Shown here: piece by piece, positions 27,684-39,169 of the stretch
Layout of the letters: each line of letters starts with the position of its first letter
How positions within the stretch are numbered: position 1 is the stretch's first letter
Assembly (NCBI GenBank): GCA_016927935.1
Contig: JAFGLS010000239.1
Span: 4,390 to 68,389 of the forward strand
DNA length: 64,000 nt
DNA from: Syntrophaceae bacterium
GTDB lineage: Bacteria; Desulfobacterota; Syntrophia; Syntrophales; Smithellaceae
Direction of reading: 5' to 3'
Notes under the pieces: model-generated
Database searches by the model: none
Told to the model about the DNA's origin: nothing
Seen by the model: the letters and a program-made list of their open reading frames with translations, nothing else
Translations under genes and position numbers: made by a program

Positions 27684-27974
27684 ATGAAAGTAAATCTCAC
27701 CAATCAGGAAATTGTTAAATTTGCTTATATTACCAAGGAAATAATAGGATACGCATGGGGGAAAACTCTGTCTAATGCTCAGACAAATTGCTATATAGAG
27801 TGCTATTATACAGTGATAGATCTTCTTAAAAGCATAAAAAAAGAATACCTGAAGAAGCATTCTGAGCTTTCTGATTTTTTCCTCAAAGGTAGAAGGCTGA
27901 TAAACGAAAATGATCAGCTGAAATGGGAAAAAGAATGGAAAAAAGAATGGGAAGCTGAACATAAAAATGCTTAA
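27684..27974 (+). CDS. Hypothetical protein
   Basis: 96-aa ORF, co-oriented with neighbours. Confidence 0.55.
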   Translation: MKVNLTNQEIVKFAYITKEIIGYAWGKTLSNAQTNCYIECYYTVIDLLKSIKKEYLKKHSELSDFFLKGRRLINENDQLKWEKEWKKEWEAEHKNA

Positions 27975-28100
27975 AAAAACAGGTTCAAAGTTTAAACTGC
28001 TTTTACTTTCATTAATTCAATATATTATAAACAATAATAGTTGAAAATGATAAAATTTTAACTTAAAATGCGTCAAACTTTTCGGGGGGAGGTCACATTC

Positions 28101-29201
28101 ATGAAAAAATTATTAGTATGCGTCGTTGTGTTGGTTGTAATTGCCTTTGCTATCTTTTACTATTTCAAATATATGAGACCGGCCGCAACTCCATCGGCTG
28201 CGGGCACATCTATTGTTGAGCAAACCGTAAAACCTAAAGTATCGTGGATACCTTCAACAGGATACCCCTATATGGTGCTCAAAAACGTGAAATTCAGATT
28301 TCAGGAGGATATATATGTCAATATACATAATATGGTGTCGACAACCGAGACCATCAAACCATACAAATACGTGGATATGAACAATGTGAATTCTTTCGCC
28401 ATTAAAGTAATCAGCGGGCAGGTGTCAATAGACCCCTCAGTTATGGATGCAATCTTCAGCAAATTAATTTTTAATTATGATGGCGCACCTCTAAAAGAGG
28501 TTAAAATGTCAACAACCGAAATGGAAGTTGACGGCAAGAAGGTGGGAATGCTCAAAGTAAAGGGATGGATGAAACTGGACGCGTCGCTTCCTTTTGAACT
28601 GATGGGAATGCGCGAAATAAACGGATTGAAAAAACTAGCGGCGTGGTTCCCCTTTGAGATGACGTCCAGGGTAGGACTGGATAAATCAACAAACAGGCTG
28701 GCGATAGAAGCGGAAAAAGTAAAGTCTCTCGGTTTTCCGTTTGTCAAGGGCCTTATGGATTTGTCCAGGGTTAAACTGGAACAAGTTTTACCGATCAAGC
28801 CTGGAATAGGTTTATCAATAGTAAAAAACACAATGTATGTTGACACCCTCGGCATCATGCCACCGCCGAAACAAATAGCCAATGTCCTTGATGTTCAAAT
28901 TAACACCAAAAATAACTGCATTGATGTAAAAGTTGGCGAAGAGAAACCAGCAAGAGTCAATTATTCATTGCTTGTTCCCGATGCAAAAAACTATATATAC
29001 ATGTTCAACGGCATGGTTATCTTCGGAAAGATGCTCGCTGCTGATGGAAAAACCCAGATGATTGACAACAATCCTTCAGATTTTTTTGATTTTTATCTGA
29101 ACAGGTATATCTTTCAACTGAGCAAGAGTGTTATAAAAATGACGGAAGACGCTTCTCAAATTGTTTATATGCCTGATTATCAATCTGTTGTTAGTAAATG
29201 A
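28101..29201 (+). CDS. Exported or membrane-anchored hypothetical protein
   Basis: GGAGGT RBS before ATG 28101; N-terminal signal/TM. Confidence 0.8.
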   Translation: MKKLLVCVVVLVVIAFAIFYYFKYMRPAATPSAAGTSIVEQTVKPKVSWIPSTGYPYMVLKNVKFRFQEDIYVNIHNMVSTTETIKPYKYVDMNNVNSFAIKVISGQVSIDPSVMDAIFSKLIFNYDGAPLKEVKMSTTEMEVDGKKVGMLKVKGWMKLDASLPFELMGMREINGLKKLAAWFPFEMTSRVGLDKSTNRLAIEAEKVKSLGFPFVKGLMDLSRVKLEQVLPIKPGIGLSIVKNTMYVDTLGIMPPPKQIANVLDVQINTKNNCIDVKVGEEKPARVNYSLLVPDAKNYIYMFNGMVIFGKMLAADGKTQMIDNNPSDFFDFYLNRYIFQLSKSVIKMTEDASQIVYMPDYQSVVSK

Positions 29202-29436
29202 AGGTTGATAAGAAGTATTAAATAGATGTTCATAAAAATCCTTAAATCGTCAGTCTTTGACTAATACTCAGGCTTTTAATCTGCAATTGGTGTAATTTGC
29301 CCGCCGCATTTTGTGGTAAAAGTGATCTTGACATTCAAAATCATTCTTCCCTTATTTTAATAAGGCATGTATAATTAAAACAAAAAAATAGTCCCGCAAA
29401 CGTTCACAGCAAAAGCAGTTTAATGCCAAGATAAAA

Positions 29437-30903
29437 GTGAATGAAATGATAAGCAAAACCAAATCATCAATTACTTCCAAGACTCGCAAAAAGATGGAAG
29501 AGGAGCTGAAAAAAAGCGAGGAAAGGTACCATCTTCTTGCCGACCATATGAAAGACTATGTATGGCTGATGGATCTGAACTTAAAGATGACATATATCAG
29601 CCCGTCTGTGGAGAAGTTACTGGGATACACTCTCGAAGAACTTAGTCAACTCACGATGGATAAACTCCTCACGGCAACATCTTTTCAGAAGGCAATGGAA
29701 GTTTTTCTAATAGAGATGGAGAAGGCATCGACAACTCCTTCTGAAAAGCGTCTTCTGGAAATAGAATGCCTCCGTAAAAACGGCAGTGCCGTATGGATTG
29801 AAGCCATGTACAGCTTCATCATGGATGAGAATGGCAAACCTTTATCCATACTGGGCGAAGGCAGAGACATTACCGAACGCAAAAGGGTGGAAGAAGAGCT
29901 GAAAAAAAGTGAAGAAAAATACCGTCTGCTGGCAGACAATATAACAGAAAATGTATGGCTCATGGATTTAAACTCAAAAAAAATGATCTATTACAGCCCG
30001 TCTGTGGAGAAAATGTATGGATATACGATGGATGAGTTTAAAAATCTTTCTTTGAGGAAAATCCTCACTCCGGAATCTTTTCAGAAAATGGTGGATGCAT
30101 TTATGAGGGAAATGCCCAAAGCGTTGTCAACTGTGCCGCCTGATGTCCATAAATACTCATTAGAACTGCAAGCCCGCCACAAGGACGGTCATCTGGTGTG
30201 GATTGAAAGCACCTCCAGTTTCATACGGGATGAAAATGGTAACCCTACATTGGTAATTGGTGAAACCAGAGACATTACCGAGCGCAGGCAGGCGGAAGAG
30301 GAACTGCAACGAACCCTCGAAAATCTCAGAAAATCTTATAGCGTATTAATTAAGGTCTTAATATCTGCCGTAGAGATGAGAGACCCCTATACAGCTGGTC
30401 ATCAGGTGAGGTCTGCGGACATTGCCCGGAGAATTGCTTTGGAAATGGGCTTGTCCAATGAAAAAATTGATGGAATCCGTATGGCAGGTTCCATTCATGA
30501 CATCGGGAAATTATCCGTTCCGGGAGAAATATTAGCCAAACCTACCAAATTAACAAACCTTGAATTTTCTCTGATAAAGGGACATGCTCAGAGCGGATAC
30601 GACATGCTGAAGGATATTGAATCACCCTGGCCTTTGGCGGATATAGTTTACCAGCACCACGAAAGAATGGACGGGTCAGGTTATCCAAAAAATCTGAAGG
30701 GAAATGAAATTATACTGGAGGCGCGCATTATGGCCGTTGCAGATGTGGTGGAGGCCATGTCTTCCCATCGTCCTTATCGCGCGGCACTGGGCGTTGAAGC
30801 AGCTCTTCAGGAAATCGAGAAAAACAAGGGAATCCTTTATGATGATGATGTGGCTGAGGCCTGTTTGAGATTATTTAGAGAAAAACACTATAAGCTTACA
30901 TAA
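29437..30903 (+). CDS. PAS-PAS-HD-GYP c-di-GMP phosphodiesterase
   Basis: Two PAS/PAC repeats (RDITER), HDIGK, HHERMDGSGYP. Confidence 0.93.
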   Translation: MNEMISKTKSSITSKTRKKMEEELKKSEERYHLLADHMKDYVWLMDLNLKMTYISPSVEKLLGYTLEELSQLTMDKLLTATSFQKAMEVFLIEMEKASTTPSEKRLLEIECLRKNGSAVWIEAMYSFIMDENGKPLSILGEGRDITERKRVEEELKKSEEKYRLLADNITENVWLMDLNSKKMIYYSPSVEKMYGYTMDEFKNLSLRKILTPESFQKMVDAFMREMPKALSTVPPDVHKYSLELQARHKDGHLVWIESTSSFIRDENGNPTLVIGETRDITERRQAEEELQRTLENLRKSYSVLIKVLISAVEMRDPYTAGHQVRSADIARRIALEMGLSNEKIDGIRMAGSIHDIGKLSVPGEILAKPTKLTNLEFSLIKGHAQSGYDMLKDIESPWPLADIVYQHHERMDGSGYPKNLKGNEIILEARIMAVADVVEAMSSHRPYRAALGVEAALQEIEKNKGILYDDDVAEACLRLFREKHYKLT

Positions 30904-30934
30904 AATACCTCCAATTTCAATAAACCGGGTCTAA

Positions 30935-32839
30935 TTAAGGACGGCCGTGTTTGGCTTTTGATTTAATTTTTGTATACTGTTCACGTAAAGTGATGTGATC
31001 CATATCTTCCATATCTTCCGCTCTCTTCACCCAGTCTTCGAATTGAATATCAACGCCGAAAATTCCTATCATTTCATCTTGATCATTAACAATAGGTGCG
31101 GAGACTGTGAAGCACAAAATACCGGTCATCTTGGAAATAAAGAAGTCGGAAACAAAAACCTTGCCTGTACGCAGCGGATTTATAAACCATTGCCTGTCAG
31201 ACTGGTCTGTTCCAACTCCATAGTTTTCATATTTGACACGGTCGGCAATGTTTGTGATATTTTTGGTAGTTTTTCGACCATTCATATCAACCACATAGGC
31301 AAATTGGATGGATGGATGTTCGTCGACAACACTCTGCATAAGTGGTTCCTGATCTTCTGGATTCATGCTCCTCATCAAAGGATTTTCAATAATCTGATTG
31401 ACTGCGGCGACGGCTGCTTTCTCAGCCATATATTTTATTTTTTCCAATTCCGACATAAAGTATTCCGGAAGATGCAGACGGACTTTCTTTTCCATTTCTT
31501 CCGGAGAAATGTAAGTTATTCTTCCGGCTTCGTACTGTTCCATGACCCATTTATGAATTTTAGAAACTGCCGGATGCCGTTTGTCCACAATTTTGTTGCC
31601 TTCCAGGTTAAAACGTTGATTAATCCAGAAAGCAATACCGGCGTTGCCGGATTTGTCGGTAATAGTTGTGGTAATCGGTCGGTTTAAAATCTTTCTGGTG
31701 TCGAATATATTGTAAATTTCTTCGCATTTAATGAGACCATCGGCGTGAACACCGGCACTGGTCACATTGAATCCCGAACCGACAAAGGGATAATTATGCG
31801 GTATCTTTACTCCGATTTCCTTTTCAAAATATTCGGCAATATCAGTAATTACTGTCGTATCAATTCCTTTTGTTCCTTTAAGCGCGATATATTCAAAAAT
31901 CAAACCTTCAATAGGTGGATTTCCTGTTCTTTCACCCAGTCCCAGAAGCGTGGAATTGGCCGCGCTGCAACCATAAAGCCAGGCGGTTGTGGCGTTGATC
32001 ATGGCTTTATGAAAATCGTTATGACCATGCCATTCCAGAAGATGGCCGGGAACGCCGGCGTCATAAATGAAGGCATGGATGAGCTTGCCCACGCTACGGG
32101 GCAGGGAAGCATTTGGATAGGTAACACCGTATCCCATAGTGTCGCAGAGTCTGATTTTTACATCAATGCCGCTTTCTTCCATTAATTTCATCAGTTCCTG
32201 TGCGAAGGGAATGCAAAAACCATAAACATCGGCGCGGGTAATATCTTCAAAATGACAGCGGGGGACTATGCCTAAATCAAGAACAGATTTAACTATGCTC
32301 AGATAATCATTCATTGCCTGGCTTCGTTTTTTGTTCAGCTTAAGAAAAATATGATAATCGGAAACAGAGGTGAGCAGGCCTGTTTCCTTTAATCCTAATT
32401 CCTTAACCAGAGGAATATCTTCTTTTGCTGCTCTTATCCAGCCTGTGATTTCCGGATAACGCAGTCCCAGATCCAGACATTTTTTCACGGCTTCTTTGTC
32501 TTTTTTACTGTAGAGAAAAAATTCCGTTTGACGAATAACTCCGTTGGGGCCGCCAAGCCTGCTAAGGAGTTGAAAAATTTTAAAAATTTGTTCCACCGTG
32601 TAAGGCGGCCGTGACTGCTGGCCGTCGCGAAAAGTTGTGTCGGTGATAAAAATTTCTTTTGCCGGGTGCATCGGAACAGTTTTTTTGTCAAAAGAAATTT
32701 TGCATACATCGCTGTAGGGAAATATTTCCTTGTAAAGGTTTGGCTTATCCACCTCTTTTAATTTAAATTTTTTAATCTGTTTACGCCTGGAGGCGTTCAA
32801 TTTTTTTTCATTTTTGGATTTTGCCATCACGTACTCCAA
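30935..32839 (-). CDS. Re-citrate synthase-like DRE-TIM enzyme with C-terminal Cache/PDC domain
   Basis: PNLY..IFPY, ITDTTFRDGQQ, HGHNDF, GERTGN; C-terminal R.WF..P...G..VS....S..TG..C.TVSAP. Confidence 0.85.
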   Translation of the reverse strand: MEYVMAKSKNEKKLNASRRKQIKKFKLKEVDKPNLYKEIFPYSDVCKISFDKKTVPMHPAKEIFITDTTFRDGQQSRPPYTVEQIFKIFQLLSRLGGPNGVIRQTEFFLYSKKDKEAVKKCLDLGLRYPEITGWIRAAKEDIPLVKELGLKETGLLTSVSDYHIFLKLNKKRSQAMNDYLSIVKSVLDLGIVPRCHFEDITRADVYGFCIPFAQELMKLMEESGIDVKIRLCDTMGYGVTYPNASLPRSVGKLIHAFIYDAGVPGHLLEWHGHNDFHKAMINATTAWLYGCSAANSTLLGLGERTGNPPIEGLIFEYIALKGTKGIDTTVITDIAEYFEKEIGVKIPHNYPFVGSGFNVTSAGVHADGLIKCEEIYNIFDTRKILNRPITTTITDKSGNAGIAFWINQRFNLEGNKIVDKRHPAVSKIHKWVMEQYEAGRITYISPEEMEKKVRLHLPEYFMSELEKIKYMAEKAAVAAVNQIIENPLMRSMNPEDQEPLMQSVVDEHPSIQFAYVVDMNGRKTTKNITNIADRVKYENYGVGTDQSDRQWFINPLRTGKVFVSDFFISKMTGILCFTVSAPIVNDQDEMIGIFGVDIQFEDWVKRAEDMEDMDHITLREQYTKIKSKAKHGRP

Positions 32840-32850
32840 TATCTTAAAGA

Positions 32851-34623
32851 TTAAACGATTTTCAACGATAATTCCATCAACTGCTCGATACTTACTCTCG
32901 AAGGTGCGTCTGACATCAGGTCGGATGCTTTTTGTGTTTTCGGGAAAGCAATGACATCCCTAATGGATTCCGCATGGGTCATTAACATGACTAACCGATC
33001 CAATCCGAAAGCTATGCCGCCATGAGGAGGAGCGCCGTATTCCAAAGCGTCCAAAAGAAACCCGAATTTGAAGCGGGCATCCTCATCAGATAAGCCGAGG
33101 GCGGAAAATGCCTGCGTCTGTATATCTTTGCGGTGAATACGAATGCTGCCGCCGCCTATTTCAGAGCCGTTGAGAACCAGATCATAAGCGCGTGCCCGGA
33201 CTTTGCCGGGATTGCCGGCAAGCAGCGGCAAATCTTCCAGAAAAGGAGATGTGAAAGGATGATGAGTGGAGACAAAACGTTTTTCCGTTTCGGAATATTC
33301 CATCAGCGGAAATTCTGTAATCCAGACAAAAGCCAGCGCTTCGGGATCGATTAAATTCAGCTTCTTTGCCAGATGTATTCTTAAATTGCCCAGTGAATCG
33401 TTAACGATGCGGGGCTTGTCAGCTACAAAGAAAATTATATCGCTTTCTTTAGCGTTCATGGCACGGTTTATTTGTTCTACTTCCGCGGGCTTCAGGAATT
33501 TATAAACAGGCGATGTCCAGTCGGAGGCGTTGACTTTTGCCCATGCTAATCCTTTGGCACCGTATACTGCGACATAATCTTTTAATCCGTCCAGGTCTTT
33601 GCGGGATAGACCGTCAGCCTGTTCTATTTTAATGGCTTTGATGATTCCGCCAGATGCGGCAACTTCACCAAAGAGCTTGTAACCGGACTTTTTAACTATG
33701 GGGGTCAAGTCAACCAGTTCCATGCCGAAACGGACATCGGGGCTATCTTTACCGTAACGGTTTATTGCATCTTGATAAGTAAGCCGGGGTAAGGGCAGCT
33801 TAATTTCCCGCCCCAGACAATCCTTAAATATTGCCGCCATTAATCCTTCCATTATCTGCATGATTTCATCTTCGGTAATAAAGGACATCTCCACATCAAT
33901 TTGCGTGAATTCAGGTTGGCGATCAGCACGTAAATCTTCGTCACGGAAACATTTCACGATTTGGTAGTAGCGGTCAAAACCGGAAACCATCAGTAGTTGC
34001 TTGAATATCTGGGGCGATTGCGGCAGCGCGTAAAACATTCCTTTGTAAATTCTGCTGGGAACAAGATAATCACGTGCGCCTTCCGGAGTACTTTTCCCGA
34101 GAAAAGGAGTTTCCACTTCAATAAAACCGTTTTGTTCAAAGTAACGGCGGGCGGAGGCGGCAAGACGGCTCCTTAAGAATAAATTCTGCTGGATTACCGG
34201 ACGGCGCAGATCCAGATAGCGGTATTTGAGCCGCACATTTTCCGAAATTTCTTCATCATCAGGAGAAAAAGGAGGTGTCTTGGATTCATTCATTATTTCC
34301 AGCTCTGAAACTATTACCTCAATTTCACCGGTTTTCAGCGCCGGGTTTTTCATACCATCGGGTCTTTTGCGCACTTTTCCCCTAACGGCAAGGACAAATT
34401 CGCTGCGAATTTTGTGCGCTTCTCCATGAACATTTTCTCCGGCATCAGGGTTGAAAACCACCTGTACAATTCCTTCGCGGTCACGCAAATCCACAAAAAT
34501 AACGCCGCCGTGATCGCGCCGGCGATGAACCCAACCCATAAGTACAACTTCCTGTCCGATATGAGAAATATTCACGCTTCCGCAGTAATGGGTTCTTTTG
34601 TCTTTCGTTAAGAAATCAGCCAA
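32851..34623 (-). CDS. aspS: Aspartate--tRNA ligase
   Basis: [35 protein letters not shown] motifs. Confidence 0.97.
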   Translation of the reverse strand: MADFLTKDKRTHYCGSVNISHIGQEVVLMGWVHRRRDHGGVIFVDLRDREGIVQVVFNPDAGENVHGEAHKIRSEFVLAVRGKVRKRPDGMKNPALKTGEIEVIVSELEIMNESKTPPFSPDDEEISENVRLKYRYLDLRRPVIQQNLFLRSRLAASARRYFEQNGFIEVETPFLGKSTPEGARDYLVPSRIYKGMFYALPQSPQIFKQLLMVSGFDRYYQIVKCFRDEDLRADRQPEFTQIDVEMSFITEDEIMQIMEGLMAAIFKDCLGREIKLPLPRLTYQDAINRYGKDSPDVRFGMELVDLTPIVKKSGYKLFGEVAASGGIIKAIKIEQADGLSRKDLDGLKDYVAVYGAKGLAWAKVNASDWTSPVYKFLKPAEVEQINRAMNAKESDIIFFVADKPRIVNDSLGNLRIHLAKKLNLIDPEALAFVWITEFPLMEYSETEKRFVSTHHPFTSPFLEDLPLLAGNPGKVRARAYDLVLNGSEIGGGSIRIHRKDIQTQAFSALGLSDEDARFKFGFLLDALEYGAPPHGGIAFGLDRLVMLMTHAESIRDVIAFPKTQKASDLMSDAPSRVSIEQLMELSLKIV

Positions 34624-34630
34624 AGCTTTT

Positions 34631-35893
34631 TTACCTTTCTTTAAGAATTTGAATTATTGAATCGGACAATCCATCAATGCTAATTTTCTGCTGGTTCTTT
34701 GTCTGCATATTTCTTAATAAAGCCTGTCTTTCATCAATTTCCTTGTCGCCGAGAATGAGAGTAAAGTAACTGTTCAGTTTGTCCGCACGTTTCAATTGAG
34801 ACTTCAGACTTTTATCAGAATAATCCATTTCCGCGGATATTCCGGCGTACCGCAGTTCGTTGGTCAAGCCAAAGGCAATTTTTTGTGCTTGATTGCCCAG
34901 TGCGGCAATAAATAAATCGGTATTAAAATTATCTTTTCCTTCTTTAGGCAGACAGGCTATAAGTCTTTCCAATCCAACGGCAAATCCGATTCCGGGAACC
35001 TCCGGTCCGCCGAGAAAACTTACCAGGCCATTATATCTTCCTCCGCCGGCGACAGCGTTTTGTGCGCCCAAAGCGTTCGTTTTTACTTCAAACGCGGTTC
35101 TGGTGTAGTAATCAAGTCCACGAACCATCCGGGGATTAATGCTAAAAGATATATGTAAATCATCGAGAAAGGATTTTACCTGTTCAAAATGATTTTCACA
35201 GTCAGAACATAGAAAATCAAGAATATTTGGCGAATTGGCGATAATTTCGCCGCAGGTTTGAACTTTGCAGTCAAAAACCCGCAGGGGGTTGGTATTTGTC
35301 CGCCTGCGGCAGTCTGGACAAAGATTTTCTTCTCTTCCTTTCAAAAAATTAATGATTGCCCTGGAAAATGCAGGCCGGCAGGAAGAGCAACCCAGGGAAT
35401 TGATTTCCAATTGTAAATTTTTTAATCCGGCGCTGGCTAAAAAATGCATCAGCATGGAAATTATTTCAGCATCAGATTGTGGATGTTCTTCACCTAAAAG
35501 TTCGGCATTAATTTGATTAAATTGACGGAAACGTCCTTTCTGCGGCCTTTCCCGCCGGAACATCGGACCGATAGTGAAAAGCTTGGTTATTTGTTCGGCA
35601 GCGTAAATGTTATGTTCAATAAAAGCGCGGATGATTGAAGCAGTGGCTTCCGGCCGCAGGGTCAAGCATTCGTTGTTTCTATCGGCGAAAGTGTACATTT
35701 CCTTTTCAACAATATCCGTTGTTTCCCCGATGCTCCGCTGGAAAAGTTCTGTCTTTTCCATAATCGGAACGCGGATTTCCCGAAAACCGAAAGAGTTAAA
35801 AACGCGGCGGGCAATGGACTCAGCTTTCCAAAATAAAAGAGCTTCATCACTCAGAATGTCTTTAAAGCCTTTAATTGCCGTAATTTTTTCCAT
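34631..35893 (-). CDS. hisS: Histidine--tRNA ligase
   Basis: [27 protein letters not shown] motifs. Confidence 0.97.
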   Translation of the reverse strand: MEKITAIKGFKDILSDEALLFWKAESIARRVFNSFGFREIRVPIMEKTELFQRSIGETTDIVEKEMYTFADRNNECLTLRPEATASIIRAFIEHNIYAAEQITKLFTIGPMFRRERPQKGRFRQFNQINAELLGEEHPQSDAEIISMLMHFLASAGLKNLQLEINSLGCSSCRPAFSRAIINFLKGREENLCPDCRRRTNTNPLRVFDCKVQTCGEIIANSPNILDFLCSDCENHFEQVKSFLDDLHISFSINPRMVRGLDYYTRTAFEVKTNALGAQNAVAGGGRYNGLVSFLGGPEVPGIGFAVGLERLIACLPKEGKDNFNTDLFIAALGNQAQKIAFGLTNELRYAGISAEMDYSDKSLKSQLKRADKLNSYFTLILGDKEIDERQALLRNMQTKNQQKISIDGLSDSIIQILKER

Positions 35894-35917
35894 AATTTAT
35901 TCGTGAGACTCAAATTT

Positions 35918-36085
35918 TAATGAGACCCAAGTTTCAGAAACAAAGTGCACTGAAACTTGTAAGTCGAATTATCCCGCGTGCGAAGCATAGCGGGGCAATA
36001 TAACAATCCCGCTGAAAGCGGAGGGTAATGAGACCCAATCTTCAGAAACAGCGTGTGCTGAAGCTTGTGTGTCGAATTATCCTGC
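35918..36085. repeat. Two tandem copies of a ~60-bp hairpin repeat (TAATGAGACCCAA...GTCGAATTATCC)
   Basis: Copies at 35918 and 36026; a third at 52572. Confidence 0.85.
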
Positions 36086-36379
36086 CTAAGCATGGATATA
36101 ATACCCTGGCCCTTTGGGCGTAAATTAGGGTCCAGTCCCGATAGCAATCGGGATTGCCTTGGGGTTCATTCCCGTGATGACCATCATTCAAAGCGATTTT
36201 CTCTAACATAATCAGTTGTTCTTCGCAATGGGAAAAAAGTTCATAACGACTTATTTTCAAATTGCCGATTTGCGTATGGCGATATTGCCTTTAGTGAAAT
36301 CTTATCATTGTATTTTGCTGATTTTCTAAGAAGTTATACAAATTAGGAAACGATATCTTTTTCTGTAATTTGATGTGTA

Positions 36380-39169
36380 TTAGATAAGCTGATGCCGAAT
36401 GTGATCGCTCTGAAGGGTGAAATAGAAAGTCGCGCCGTGACCGGGTTTCCCTTCCGCCCAGACTTTACCATTATGACGGTGAATAATGCGTTTAATTATA
36501 GCCAAACCTATTCCAGTGCCGGGGTATTCATCCACGCTGTGCAGTCGCTGAAAAGGTGAGAACAGTTTATTGGCGTACTCCATGTCAAAGCCGACTCCGT
36601 TATCCCGAATGAAATATACTTTTTCATTATCTATTTTTGTTGAGCCAAATTCTATCCTGGCTTTTTCTTGTTTTCCCGTGAATTTCCAGGCGTTGTCCAG
36701 CAGGTTTTCCAGGACGATGCGTATTAATCTCGGATCCGCCATATCCTGCAGAGACTCGGCAATGATGATGTCGGCATGCCGGTTGGGTTGGGATTTCCAC
36801 AGTTCATCCATGATGGATTGGGCCATACCGGAGAGATTGACTTTTATGACATCCATTTCCGTTCTGGTTATTTTGAAGAGTTTCAGCATGTCTTCGATGA
36901 GTTCCGCCATGTTTTTGGTTGCTTTTCTGATTCTTTGAAGATGGCTTTGGGCGCGCGGGTCAAGTTTGTCTTCATAATCTTCCATTAAAGCAAGGCCAAA
37001 ACCTTCAATTGTTCTTAACGGTGCCCTCAGGTCGTGAGAAACCGAATAGGAAAAAGCTTCCAGTTCGGTAGTCCGTTCACGCACTCGCTGTTCAAGTGAT
37101 TCATTTAGTATGCGGATTTCTTCCTCCGCCTTTTTTCGTTCACTGATGTCAATTCCTATGCCGACGGCACATGGTTTCCCTTCATAAATCAATTTTGTTC
37201 CGGTAAACAAATAAGGTCTTGTAGTTCCGTTTTTAGAAACAAAATGAGCTTCAAACAAAACATATTTTCCATCAAAAACCTTTTCCAATGCTCTTTGCCC
37301 GACACTTATTTCAGATTTCAAGACAACGTCAAATGGAGTCATACTAGCCAATTCATTGTCCGAATAACCAGAGATTTCCCGGAAGTTTTTATTCCATTTA
37401 ATGAACAAACCATCGGTGCCAATAACATAGAACAATCCCGGCAGCACATCCATAATTGCCTGATTAAAGTTGCGTTCATGCAGTATAGCTTCCTCCGCCT
37501 TTTTATGTTTGAAGATGTCCGTATGTAATCCTATAAGTCCGATAATCTTGCCACTTTCATCTTTTATTGCATCTGCAAGCAACAGAACAGGGAATTTTCT
37601 GCCGCTTTTTGATGTCATGTCCAACTCTCCATACCACGAATCTCCTCTCATGATTGTATCGAACACTTCGCGAGCGATTTCTTTGCTTGCATAAATGTGT
37701 GGGCCCCCTCCCAAAGACTCAAGTTCTTCCGGTGTGTATCCAAAAAGTTCGGAAAAAGCCTTATTATGATAGAAGTGATGAGCTTCCGGATCGGACATTC
37801 CAATGGCTTCACTTGTGCTTTCCACCGCCTTTTTGATCAGTATAAGGGCCTTTTCCGCCTTCTTGCGCTCGGAAATGTCGCGGATGAAAACCAGCGAACT
37901 TTCCCGATTCTGGTAAATGAAAGGCACTCCGGATACTTCAAAGTCAACAGCAGTTCCGTCGAGTTTTAAATATCTCTGTTCAGTTAATGGAATAGCGGTT
38001 CTGTTCTCATCCAAAAGGCGCATGCGTTCACCAACCGTTTCTTTCGAATCGGGATGTATCCTATCCATTACAGGTTGATCTATAAGCTGGGAGACAGAAT
38101 GAGCGCCGAATAACCTAAGTGTTGCATTATTGACGTAAACAAAATTGCGGCCGGTCCTTATAAAAATAGCATCGGGAGCATTTTCCGCCAGCAGACGAAA
38201 ATTGGTTTCGCTTTTCTTCAATTCCTCATGTATTTTCTTAGGCTCTGTTACATCATGAATTATGGAATGAAGCACATCCTTACCGTTCATTTCTGTTTTA
38301 CTGGAATAAACATCTACATCTCTAATGGAGCCGTCAGCACGGCGATGACGGAAATCGAAATGAAATTTTTCCTGAGTTAGCGCTTTTTTCATTTCTTGTT
38401 TGACTTCCTCAGGTGGAAGAATATTAATTTGCCATATTTTCATTTTCTTGATTTCATTGCGAGTCCAGCCATAGAAATTAGCAGCCGCTTGATTAGCGTC
38501 GAGAATCATGCCTGTTTCAGGATCAATTATCAGTTTGATGGCTGAATGCTCTTCGAATAGTTTTCTGTAATTCTCGCGGCTTTTCCAGAGTTCTTCTTCC
38601 ATTTGCTTGCGTTCAGTGATGTCCTGGGCAATGCTTAAAAGGTATCGATTTTTATGTATGTCAATGAATTGAATAGAGAAAATCATGGTCAGAATATCAC
38701 CGTTTTTCCTTCTGACCATGATTTCAGTTCCTTTGGATTTTCCTGTCATCTTTAATTCGTTGATTATTTTTTCCCGGTCTTTCGGATTGGTCCACATGTT
38801 TAGGTCAAACGATGATTTACCGATGGCTTCCTTGCGGGAATAACCTGTCAGACGGATAAAAGCTTTGTTAACATCGATAAACTTTGACGTGGCAAAATCT
38901 GTGATGGCCATAGCATTGGGATTAAGTTGAAAAGTAAGCGGGAATTTTTTTTGGTATTCGGAAAGATTATTATTCGTCAGTTTTCGCTTGCTGATGTTAC
39001 TTTTTTTGCCTGTTATCGGCTGGACAGAAATTTTTCCGGAAAAAGGAAATTCCCGTACAGGTTTATTTTTACCTTTCTCTTTTTTTCCCTTTGGAGGTAA
39101 AAATATTTTAGGGGATGTGGTTTTAGCCCGCTTTTTTTTTGCGGATGTGATTTTTGTTTTGTTCTTCAT
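36380..39169 (-). CDS. Multi-PAS cytoplasmic sensor histidine kinase
   Basis: About five PAS domains; FSYSVSHDLRAPL, NLLDNAWKF, DNGVGF, GTGIGL. Confidence 0.93.
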   Translation of the reverse strand: MKNKTKITSAKKKRAKTTSPKIFLPPKGKKEKGKNKPVREFPFSGKISVQPITGKKSNISKRKLTNNNLSEYQKKFPLTFQLNPNAMAITDFATSKFIDVNKAFIRLTGYSRKEAIGKSSFDLNMWTNPKDREKIINELKMTGKSKGTEIMVRRKNGDILTMIFSIQFIDIHKNRYLLSIAQDITERKQMEEELWKSRENYRKLFEEHSAIKLIIDPETGMILDANQAAANFYGWTRNEIKKMKIWQINILPPEEVKQEMKKALTQEKFHFDFRHRRADGSIRDVDVYSSKTEMNGKDVLHSIIHDVTEPKKIHEELKKSETNFRLLAENAPDAIFIRTGRNFVYVNNATLRLFGAHSVSQLIDQPVMDRIHPDSKETVGERMRLLDENRTAIPLTEQRYLKLDGTAVDFEVSGVPFIYQNRESSLVFIRDISERKKAEKALILIKKAVESTSEAIGMSDPEAHHFYHNKAFSELFGYTPEELESLGGGPHIYASKEIAREVFDTIMRGDSWYGELDMTSKSGRKFPVLLLADAIKDESGKIIGLIGLHTDIFKHKKAEEAILHERNFNQAIMDVLPGLFYVIGTDGLFIKWNKNFREISGYSDNELASMTPFDVVLKSEISVGQRALEKVFDGKYVLFEAHFVSKNGTTRPYLFTGTKLIYEGKPCAVGIGIDISERKKAEEEIRILNESLEQRVRERTTELEAFSYSVSHDLRAPLRTIEGFGLALMEDYEDKLDPRAQSHLQRIRKATKNMAELIEDMLKLFKITRTEMDVIKVNLSGMAQSIMDELWKSQPNRHADIIIAESLQDMADPRLIRIVLENLLDNAWKFTGKQEKARIEFGSTKIDNEKVYFIRDNGVGFDMEYANKLFSPFQRLHSVDEYPGTGIGLAIIKRIIHRHNGKVWAEGKPGHGATFYFTLQSDHIRHQLI

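Noticed and set aside
29200-29436. c-di-GMP riboswitch upstream of the HD-GYP gene
   Set aside because: No GEMM-type paired elements could be recognised by eye.
30995-32185. Long antisense ORFs opposite the citrate synthase gene, and similar shadow ORFs elsewhere
   Set aside because: They are shadows of well-supported genes on the other strand, with no motifs.
35917-36260. ORFs 35917-36147 and 36042-36260
   Set aside because: They largely translate the tandem hairpin repeat and nearby intergenic DNA; no coding signal.
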